The notes below the pieces were generated by a model, which saw nothing but the letters and a program-made list of their open reading frames with translations, was not told the DNA's origin and ran no database searches. The position numbers and the translations under genes were made by a program. From a virus (lineage: Duplodnaviria > Caudoviricetes), in the IMG/VR virus record IMGVR_UViG_3300028914_000059, positions 32,001 to 96,000 of that record: DNA of 64,000 nt. One strand, given 5' to 3'. Shown in pieces: positions 55,886 to 64,000 of the stretch (position 1 is the stretch's first letter; each line of letters opens with the position of its first letter).

Positions 55886-58800
55886 TTAAACTATTATAGC
55901 TTCAACCTCTTCTGCCGACATCAGGCTAAACTGGTTTGCAGCTATAGCTGGAATAGTTACATTAAGAGTAACATTCATACTACCATCAATAGATACACTT
56001 CCTTCAGCATCTCCAGTTAATGAAAGCTCAAAAGCTTCACTTAAAGCATCAGCTTCCGCCGCACTTGCTGCCGTTGTAGCAGTATCTGCTGTAGTAGCAC
56101 TGTCTGCAGTTGTTGCATGACCAGCTGTAGTTGCTGATACTGCAGTAGTGGCACTATCTGCTGTGGCTGCTGCTATATTCAATGGCAACTGCGCTGTTGG
56201 CAATCTCCCTGTGCTGTCCAATTCAGCATATCCATCCGGCTGACCCTTATTGGAGAGAACTTCATTGCCAGCATGGGCTGTAAATGATTCCAGATGAGCC
56301 TTTATTGCGGCAGCAGTAACTTCATTATTTCCACCATAATCAAGGGCCTGGTCTGTATTCTGATCATGAGCCTGACCTACAGCTGTATCTATAGCTGATA
56401 CTGTAGATACTGGCTTATTCTGCAAGTTGCTCCAGTCAGTAACCATATCCAGGCTTTCCTGTTCAGCAAGTTTTACCCAGACGTCCTGATCTGCATAATA
56501 TGTATATAAAGCCCATCCACTATTTACACTTGCATCAGCGCTTGCATCGAGAACTCTTACCTGAGCACCATCAGCTACGTTAGTCATAGCATCACGAGCT
56601 GCTATATTGGCAACATTCGGAACTGCACTTGCAGTTGACAACGGCATCTGTGATAATGGAATACGACCATTAGCATCCAGACTTGCATAGCCATCAGCCT
56701 GACCACGACGAGCTGTTACTTCATACTGAGTAGCATCATTGATAAACTGATCAATATCATCATGATCATAAGTACCCTTATCACTTAAGTCATTGTGAGA
56801 CAGCTTATGGAATCTAGTTCTAAGAACGGTTTCGCTATTTTCTTCGACAGCTACAGTGCCTAGAACATAAGTATCTGCACTGTTAGCTACTCTGAGATTT
56901 GGGCCAAGGTCACTATTATCAGCAAGTAACATGCTGATTGGGGCGTATGCCGAATCATGGTTGTGATTACCTGCTGCTGCCTGATTAGCACCTGATCCTA
57001 TAGTGTGGTGAATAGCCGATGTAGATGAATCAGTATCAGCACTATCATGGCTTCTTGCCTGAGTAAGATTTCCTGCAAGAGTGCTGATAGTAATTGGATC
57101 ACTGCCTTCTGCTGCATGGTACTGGGCATGTGCGGAAGGTGGTCTGGCATTAGTAAGTCTAGGGTCATTGCCTTCGCAAACGCTACCAGAACCAGTACCG
57201 AAACTTATCTCCTCGGACTTTATCTTACCTAAAGCGTTCAAGCCGGCATATCCATTAGGAATATCTTTATTAGCTTTATCTTCGTGGCCACTATGAGGTG
57301 TTGTTGCTTCTATATGAGCATCAATCTGAGCGTGTGTATAAACACCTTTATTGATCAAATTGGCATGGTCTACCTTAGCAGTATCTTCGCCATCATGAAT
57401 GTGATTGTTACCGCCAAGAACACCCTGATCTATTGGAGCATATCTTTCATCATGCAGGTGGTCACCAGGAGCTGCCTGAGTATGGCCATCACCTAGAGTA
57501 TGATGTATAGCTTCTTCACTGTCATCAGTATCCACATTATTATGTGTTCTATCCTGAGCCAGATTTCCTGCCAGTGTGCTCAAATATAGAGTGTCATCAC
57601 CATCACTAGTATGTGAATGCGCATGTTCAGTTGGATATCTATCGTCACTAAGTCTTGGATCAGAACCAAGAACAAGCTGATCATCATCACCACCAATAGG
57701 TAAATGTTCAATAGGGACATTAGCATCGTCGTCTAACCCAGCGTATCCATTTGGAACATTCTTGTCTGATATAACCTCGTGGCCTGGATGAGGGTTTGGG
57801 TCATCCAAATGAGCATCTATTTCTGCATGAGTATGGTCTCCACGGTTGGCCAGGTGCATGTGGTCGCATCTGTTCAAGCCTGCAGGCATACTTTCTATAT
57901 AAGATGGAACTTCAGTAGTGTCTATGTAGGCTTCCTGACCTTCAAACCAGCTTTCATCCTCAATGCCTAAATTCTGTATAACTACCTGGAAATCCAGCTC
58001 ATCTCCACCTGTAAGTCTTTTCAGTCTAAGTGCTGCACTAACACCGTCAGACTTAACTTCCAACTGGAATTCATTGGAAGCCAGGTCACTGGAATCCAGA
58101 GGATCTGCTCTGAACCATTCTCCACTGGTATGATTATGGTTCAAAGAGAGCGAATATTGTTTAAGAATATATCTTGTAGCATCTTTGACGCTGACAAATA
58201 TAAAATGCTTACCTGTATTTGTATCGAACTGTCCCAGTTCTACACAAGCGTTTTCAGCTAAATCCAGAGAACGATATAAAGTGATGCTGGAATAAATCTT
58301 ACCATTGGCTTTCATACGGCCAACCTTGCCATCATAGCGGTAAGTATTGACCATTCTATGATAAAGCTTCATGAATATAGCATGGAAAGACTTATTCTCA
58401 TCCAAAGTAACTGTTCTACTGGCAGACAGCACACCATCACTCCAGGCAGAGAATGCATATCCTTCTTCTGGGACAGCTGTCAAAGTTATCTGACTACCTT
58501 CTTCAAAGATACCAGCACCGTCTACATGACCAAATACCGGGTCATTAGAGGTAGCCTCGACTGTGAAGTATATTATTTCTTCGAACAAAGCTGTATATGT
58601 AGCGTCTCCGGTTACCAGAACACTTCTAGTTGCCTGCATATCACCGTCATTCCAGCCAATGAATCTTGCACCAGCTCTTGGAACAGCTGTTATAGTAATA
58701 TAACTGTCTTCCTGAGCATAGCCCTCACCAGTTACATTTCCAAGTTCAGAATCATTCGTTTCTACATTGATGTAGAAAGTCCTGAGAATCTTGGAGAACA

Positions 58801-61800
58801 CAGCTGTTACTGATAAGTCGTCGTTCACAGTGATGGTTCTGGAAATTCCGGAGCCACCGTCACTCCACGAGGACAACTGATACTGCTGAGCAGGAGATGT
58901 ATAAACTGTTACTTCAGTGCCAGGCACCACCATAGTTGTTATACTGTTTTCAAATGGCCCTTCTTCCGAGAAGGAAACTCCGCCATTAGCTCCATTGCTA
59001 GACTGCACAGTAAGAGATTTCTTCATTCTGAATACTGGCTCGTAGGAAACATCAGCATCTACAGTAACAGTTCTAGGATTGTCTGTGTTGTGATCAGACC
59101 ATTCTGCAAAATAAAAGTTTTCCACAGGAGTAGCTGTCAGAACAGCCGTTGAACCTGCAGCATAAGCACCTTCTCCAGATACTGTCCCATATTCTGACTG
59201 GAATATCTGGAGCATGTAACCGAACAAAGCTGTAATAGTCTGATTACTATTGACTGTCACACCTCTTGGATTTGCAACAGAGCCATCACTCCAACCGACA
59301 AAAGATACACCCTGCGCAGCTGTAGCTTCTATCTCTGCTACTTCACCAGCTTCATATTCACCACCACCGGTAGCTGTACCCAAATTATTGTCGTTAGAGT
59401 TAACAGTAAGCGTATAAACTGGGATATCCCTGAATGTAACAGCAGTAAGGCTCACAGGATTAGCTGCTGATATTATTCTTGATAATGATGTAACACCATC
59501 ACTCCATGCTGACAGGTCTCTGTCTTCACCTGGAACTAGAGTCACATTAAGGTTACCAGTAGGATCACACCAGCCTGAATAAGTATTATTTTCACGAGTA
59601 AGATTGCCTGCATTACTTGTATATGTAATAGTATCGGATTCATCTGTAACGCTTATTTCTATATGAGACTGGAAAAATGCTCTGATAGTCTGATCACTGG
59701 ATCCTATAGTAACATTCCTTTCAAGATTAGTGTTAAGATCATCCCAGTATTTTAATCTGAAACCATCGTCCGGTACAGCTGCAATATGAACGACTGTACC
59801 TGTTGGATACAATCCAGCACCGACGAATGATGCACACTGAGCGCCACTTCTACTTTCCAGAGTCAAACTGTACAGCTGTTCAAATGTAGCTGTCAGTGAT
59901 AGATCATCAATAAGCACCACTGTTCTAGTTGGATCGGTTTCACCATCACTCCAACCGTTAAATCGGACGTGATCAGAAGCTGGGGTAGCAACCAGGGTAA
60001 CCTGAGTACCGTGTTCATATGTTCCGGAACCGGCGACAGACCCAAGATTGGCATCGTTGGATGTTAGTGTAACTGTATGTGTGACTATCTGAACGAAAGT
60101 TGCTGTATATGTTGTATTATCTGCCCATACATCTCTTGGGTTATCTGTATTGTCGTCGTTCCATTGCGAAAATCTATATCCTGCATTTGGCACAGCTGTT
60201 ATTGTGGCGTGTTCACCGGGACAGTAATTACCACCACCAGTGACACTACCCATAGTGGCATCTGCTGAAACAGCATTTAAAGTAAAACCGAAACCTGCAG
60301 TGTATGTAACACTACTAGCTGGCATTATTATAGTTCTTGGGTTTTCAGTAACTCCATCATGCCATCTTACAAAAGCATAGCCAGAAGCTGGTGTTGCTGT
60401 AATGACAACTGAATCGCCTTCTGCATAATTGCCTGCACCTGTTACTGTGCCATAATTATTATAATTTTGATGTAAAATAAGCTCGTAGGTGGAAACTACT
60501 GGTGTAGCTGCTTGAGACAGTAAGGTATCGCCATTGACATATGCAGGAACACCTTCTATAGTATCTGATAATATTGGTCTGCCTTTAGCACTGCTCATTT
60601 CCCATGTGTCATTATAGTCCAGTGTAGATAAATTAGCGGTGTTAGCAAAGGCCTGAGATGTAAGCTCTGTATTAGTTCCATACTGCGGGGCCTGAAATGA
60701 GGGTGTGTTTTCAACATAAAAACAGTTATCTGAATGGACATCCTGTGTGTCTAAGCCACCAACAGCTCTGAATATAACATTATTACCAGTGCCAGTAAAA
60801 GCAGAGCCTAAATCAACAGAGTCAAAGTTATAGCTATCTTCGATCTGCAGCTCATTATTGTTATTATAGCTGGAACAGAACCCTGCATAAGTGGTTTGTG
60901 ACGGTACAGCAGCTAAAGTATAATTACATATAGAATAACAATCTCTCAGTTCTCTAGTTGGCTCTTCACCAGCGTTAAAGCTTCCTGCTGAAATAGAGAA
61001 TGAACTTTGAGAGTAGTAATATAAACCGGATAAATCCGCCCTGTTTACCACACTGGTGTTCTGCCCATTTACTGTTAGAGCCCCAATACACTCTGACATG
61101 TAATCTACAGCTGCAGCACTACTGTTAATTATAAAGGGTGCTACATACAAATAATTTATAGTTGCTGGAGCTAAATTAATGGTTCCACCCAGATACATCC
61201 GAGTAAATGCCAATGACTCCTCAGAAATACCTATAGATGTAAGTTGTGGTTGTGTCACTTTTTCATATTTGCCAGTAGCACTATTATATTTATAAAGACT
61301 ATATACGTTATTTCCATCCACGATAACTGGCGCTATAGTCAGATATTCCCTTGTGTAAGCATTATCCACAACATTTATAACAGGATCTACATAAATATTA
61401 TCTGCGCAGATATTACAGTAGACGCAAGAGAACATAGTGGTACCAACATTTATTATATTAGTATTGTCTACATAAATATGATCTACACAATCAGCTCTGA
61501 ATAAAGCGGGGTAATAATATCTTCCTGTAAAATTAAAAACAGAATTTGTTACTTCGACATTACTAATCCTACCCGGAGAGGAGCTGCTATATTGAACATA
61601 GTGTCCAAACATGCCATAAATCAATACGCCAGTGCAATCCTCATAATCGTAGTTAGTACCTGTATTTATATTAAAATAACAGTGGTCAAATTTTAAATTA
61701 CGTATTACACCATTACGTCCAGCAGACGTAATTAAGGATAACCAGGAAGACCACTGACCCTCTGTGTCCTGATAAACATAAGCTCCCCTGATGGTGTGAT

Positions 61801-62077
61801 TGTTACCGTTAAATTCTTTCAGGTACACCCATGTTCTATAGTCATAATCGCAGCTATCCATAGGCCCTGTTGGATTAGCCGGGGGTGTGGTTCCCCAGGA
61901 TGCAAAATCAGTTATATCATTAAATTCTAAATCTGTGTCCAAACATAGATAAGCGTCAGTAAGCTCATTTCCATCCTGAGAGGAACAATTAGCTATTAAC
62001 TCGTTCCATGCATCTATACTACCTATTGAATAAGGATCCTGCTGGGTTCCTGACCCTGTTATATATGTAAAAGGCAT
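55886..62077 (-). CDS. Very large tail fibre/adhesin (GLUG-like N-terminus, many InlB-B-like repeats, His-rich fibre shaft)
   Basis: GSGTQQDPYSI start, about 10 W.DG..NPR repeats, NGYAGLD..GK and H.H repeats. Confidence 0.8.
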   Translation of the reverse strand: MPFTYITGSGTQQDPYSIGSIDAWNELIANCSSQDGNELTDAYLCLDTDLEFNDITDFASWGTTPPANPTGPMDSCDYDYRTWVYLKEFNGNNHTIRGAYVYQDTEGQWSSWLSLITSAGRNGVIRNLKFDHCYFNINTGTNYDYEDCTGVLIYGMFGHYVQYSSSSPGRISNVEVTNSVFNFTGRYYYPALFRADCVDHIYVDNTNIINVGTTMFSCVYCNICADNIYVDPVINVVDNAYTREYLTIAPVIVDGNNVYSLYKYNSATGKYEKVTQPQLTSIGISEESLAFTRMYLGGTINLAPATINYLYVAPFIINSSAAAVDYMSECIGALTVNGQNTSVVNRADLSGLYYYSQSSFSISAGSFNAGEEPTRELRDCYSICNYTLAAVPSQTTYAGFCSSYNNNNELQIEDSYNFDSVDLGSAFTGTGNNVIFRAVGGLDTQDVHSDNCFYVENTPSFQAPQYGTNTELTSQAFANTANLSTLDYNDTWEMSSAKGRPILSDTIEGVPAYVNGDTLLSQAATPVVSTYELILHQNYNNYGTVTGAGNYAEGDSVVITATPASGYAFVRWHDGVTENPRTIIMPASSVTYTAGFGFTLNAVSADATMGSVTGGGNYCPGEHATITAVPNAGYRFSQWNDDNTDNPRDVWADNTTYTATFVQIVTHTVTLTSNDANLGSVAGSGTYEHGTQVTLVATPASDHVRFNGWSDGETDPTRTVVLIDDLSLTATFEQLYSLTLESRSGAQCASFVGAGLYPTGTVVHIAAVPDDGFRLKYWDDLNTNLERNVTIGSSDQTIRAFFQSHIEISVTDESDTITYTSNAGNLTRENNTYSGWCDPTGNLNVTLVPGEDRDLSAWSDGVTSLSRIISAANPVSLTAVTFRDIPVYTLTVNSNDNNLGTATGGGEYEAGEVAEIEATAAQGVSFVGWSDGSVANPRGVTVNSNQTITALFGYMLQIFQSEYGTVSGEGAYAAGSTAVLTATPVENFYFAEWSDHNTDNPRTVTVDADVSYEPVFRMKKSLTVQSSNGANGGVSFSEEGPFENSITTMVVPGTEVTVYTSPAQQYQLSSWSDGGSGISRTITVNDDLSVTAVFSKILRTFYINVETNDSELGNVTGEGYAQEDSYITITAVPRAGARFIGWNDGDMQATRSVLVTGDATYTALFEEIIYFTVEATSNDPVFGHVDGAGIFEEGSQITLTAVPEEGYAFSAWSDGVLSASRTVTLDENKSFHAIFMKLYHRMVNTYRYDGKVGRMKANGKIYSSITLYRSLDLAENACVELGQFDTNTGKHFIFVSVKDATRYILKQYSLSLNHNHTSGEWFRADPLDSSDLASNEFQLEVKSDGVSAALRLKRLTGGDELDFQVVIQNLGIEDESWFEGQEAYIDTTEVPSYIESMPAGLNRCDHMHLANRGDHTHAEIDAHLDDPNPHPGHEVISDKNVPNGYAGLDDDANVPIEHLPIGGDDDQLVLGSDPRLSDDRYPTEHAHSHTSDGDDTLYLSTLAGNLAQDRTHNNVDTDDSEEAIHHTLGDGHTQAAPGDHLHDERYAPIDQGVLGGNNHIHDGEDTAKVDHANLINKGVYTHAQIDAHIEATTPHSGHEDKANKDIPNGYAGLNALGKIKSEEISFGTGSGSVCEGNDPRLTNARPPSAHAQYHAAEGSDPITISTLAGNLTQARSHDSADTDSSTSAIHHTIGSGANQAAAGNHNHDSAYAPISMLLADNSDLGPNLRVANSADTYVLGTVAVEENSETVLRTRFHKLSHNDLSDKGTYDHDDIDQFINDATQYEVTARRGQADGYASLDANGRIPLSQMPLSTASAVPNVANIAARDAMTNVADGAQVRVLDASADASVNSGWALYTYYADQDVWVKLAEQESLDMVTDWSNLQNKPVSTVSAIDTAVGQAHDQNTDQALDYGGNNEVTAAAIKAHLESFTAHAGNEVLSNKGQPDGYAELDSTGRLPTAQLPLNIAAATADSATTAVSATTAGHATTADSATTADTATTAASAAEADALSEAFELSLTGDAEGSVSIDGSMNVTLNVTIPAIAANQFSLMSAEEVEAIIV

Positions 62078-62088
62078 CTTCTATCTCC

Positions 62089-63801
62089 TTAATCTATTAC
62101 TGGCATAAACATAGCTACTTCGCTATTATCTAAAACGTGATCCAGCATTGCAAATACTGCCAGGCCTATACTTGCGCCAATAGCTGTGTCGTCCTGGGGA
62201 CATCCCAGAGCTACAAGACTTGTCGTATCTTCTACTTCTGCCGGGATATCCCAGCTTCTCACTATATTATTATAGCGTATGGTAACTGCATCATCAAATA
62301 TAGAAACAGATATAACTGCGGGACCTGTAGAAACAGGGCCGGGCTGAACACCGAGAACATAAGAGTTATTATGATTATCTGACAGCTTTATCTGGAACAA
62401 ATCATATCCAGCAATCAGGTCTATCTTATATTGTTCAGTAGTTAGCAGCCTCTGTGGCTCAGCTGTCTGAGACATTTCTCTGACATCTGTTGAAAACAGA
62501 TAGGTTACATTCCTCATGTTATAGCCAGTCGAGGTAACCAGCTTATCAGTTGGTCTGAAGTAAACATGATAACCAAGACTCTGTGAAAAAGCTCTGCGTG
62601 GATGCAGTGTGGGAGTGGCTATCATAGTTTCACTCTTATCGCCAACCCACATATAGTCTGAAGTACTGTAGCCAAATCCCTTGAAGCTTGCTATAGTACT
62701 ACCTTCGTCATATTCATATACCGGAGCATACGGACTGACGGGGCTAGAGAAGGGCAAACCTCGTGGATCTATATAAACAGCATTCATCACCTGCCCTGAT
62801 AGTGTAACCACCTGACCTTCAGCCGGTACTTCACCTTCAAACTTAATAAGGCCTATACCATTGCCGGAACCAAGCTCCTTATAATCTTCTCCTACGAACT
62901 GTTCTACACCATCAACATAAGCATGAGTTGAATCCTTGATATATTCAACATCGAATGTAAACTCGGAGCGAATACCGTCACCCAGTTCTCTAGCCTTTAT
63001 ATTAAAGAACGGGCGGCCGGATGAGGATCTCTTCAGGTTGGATATTAAAGTATTAGACGGTCTGAGTATATCAGTATCCGCAGCTATAGAAATATAGGCT
63101 ATAGGCAGCATATCATCATGCAATACCGGAACAGCACCGAAACTTGCTACATCACCTTCCACTACAACTATCTGAGGCTCACAGACTTTGCCGAACCTGT
63201 CATAAAGGTCTTCATTGTATTTAATGCACACAGCATCTGTTCTGGGAAATTCCCCAGTAGGCTTAATAGTAAAAGCCTGCTTGATATCTTCGGTCAACAC
63301 TATCTTGGCTCCCTGCCTGCTCAAAGCAATGCCGGAACTTACATCAAAAGAATTAGTGTCCTGACCATAGCTTACATTGAAGCCAAACTTAACACCTGGA
63401 TCCACCAGATCCTTAAGGTAAGTGCGCAGTTCGTCATCTGTGATGTTCTGCCTGTTCATGTAAGATACCTGGAAAGAGTTTCTCTTATTGGTTATCTCTA
63501 CTGGCAGATAAATTAAATTAATTATGTTGTAGGAGCCATTAACAGAAATAAGCAGTCTGTAGTTACCAGGCTGCAGGTTGTTCCCGTCTCTGTTGACATA
63601 GGCGGTCCCAATAAAAACAGTGGTATCAGATATCTGACGAACTTCTTTCAAGTCCACAGCTGTATCTACGTTTACCACCGCGTTATCATTTTCACTATAT
63701 AGATTGACTGTCAGCCTGGGATTATCTCCAAGATCCTGGATATAACCGTTATAGCATGCAGTAAAAGGATATACTATCGGCAGCTGTCTGTAAAAAATCA
63801 T
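62089..63801 (-). CDS. Baseplate/tail-associated structural protein
   Basis: VSSGIALSRQG, PRTDAVCIKY, YVDGVEQFVGEDY motifs; position in the tail cluster. Confidence 0.55.
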   Translation of the reverse strand: MIFYRQLPIVYPFTACYNGYIQDLGDNPRLTVNLYSENDNAVVNVDTAVDLKEVRQISDTTVFIGTAYVNRDGNNLQPGNYRLLISVNGSYNIINLIYLPVEITNKRNSFQVSYMNRQNITDDELRTYLKDLVDPGVKFGFNVSYGQDTNSFDVSSGIALSRQGAKIVLTEDIKQAFTIKPTGEFPRTDAVCIKYNEDLYDRFGKVCEPQIVVVEGDVASFGAVPVLHDDMLPIAYISIAADTDILRPSNTLISNLKRSSSGRPFFNIKARELGDGIRSEFTFDVEYIKDSTHAYVDGVEQFVGEDYKELGSGNGIGLIKFEGEVPAEGQVVTLSGQVMNAVYIDPRGLPFSSPVSPYAPVYEYDEGSTIASFKGFGYSTSDYMWVGDKSETMIATPTLHPRRAFSQSLGYHVYFRPTDKLVTSTGYNMRNVTYLFSTDVREMSQTAEPQRLLTTEQYKIDLIAGYDLFQIKLSDNHNNSYVLGVQPGPVSTGPAVISVSIFDDAVTIRYNNIVRSWDIPAEVEDTTSLVALGCPQDDTAIGASIGLAVFAMLDHVLDNSEVAMFMPVID

Positions 63802-64000
63802 CTGGTTACACCAACTCTCCCTAAATATATTCTGGCAGTGATATCTGTACCAGCTGCCGGTACTTCGTTCAAAAACTCAATGATAGAAATGTATTTGCCG
63901 TCAGGGCCTACTTCAGACCTTATCACATAATCTTCGCCTTCCACCTGGGCAACTCCTGCGACATGCAGATCCAGTGCCTGGTTGGCATATACTGTTTCTG
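63798..64000 (-). CDS. 3' end of a structural gene continuing beyond the window
   Basis: Open frame ...LHVAGVAQVEGEDY...GRVGVTR-stop with ATGA overlap into the next gene. Confidence 0.6.
   Translation of the reverse strand, partial: ETVYANQALDLHVAGVAQVEGEDYVIRSEVGPDGKYISIIEFLNEVPAAGTDITARIYLGRVGVTR

Noticed and set aside
1-64000. Alternative genetic code (stop-codon reassignment)
   Set aside because: Long genes are intact and tightly packed in the standard code, and TAA, TAG and TGA all end genes at plausible boundaries.

Overview
This window is a fragment of a large (jumbo-type) tailed dsDNA phage genome, AT-rich and readable in the standard genetic code. The host is probably an anaerobic diderm bacterium (inferred from Shine-Dalgarno motifs, a spanin-like gene pair and BspA/InlB-type repeats). 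Minus-strand blocks carry virion and transcription genes: large terminase, PAAR, gp5/VgrG-like spike, portal, a long tail-fibre/adhesin cluster, a sigma-70 factor and a single-chain fused beta-beta' RNA polymerase. Plus-strand non-structural blocks each start at a shared 17-bp motif, GGTATAAGNNAANTRTA. The main finding is a 1.2-kb non-coding locus (33558-34738) right behind one of these motifs. It holds four tandem retron-ncRNA-like units of unrelated sequence but the same architecture (closing stem, short hairpins, 116-225 nt hairpin), with a tRNA-like element inside the array. The long hairpins are dense in restriction-site-like words. A retron-type reverse transcriptase with no adjacent ncRNA lies about 10 kb away (23162-24046), downstream of a stand-alone CARF gene. 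Together these suggest a split, multiplexed phage retron that may make DNA decoys against host defence; this is a hypothesis, not a demonstrated function. Also notable are a protein family sharing an N-terminal KLA...KLAA leader, one member of which ends in a kinase-like domain, and a CheY-like receiver gene inside the lysis cassette.
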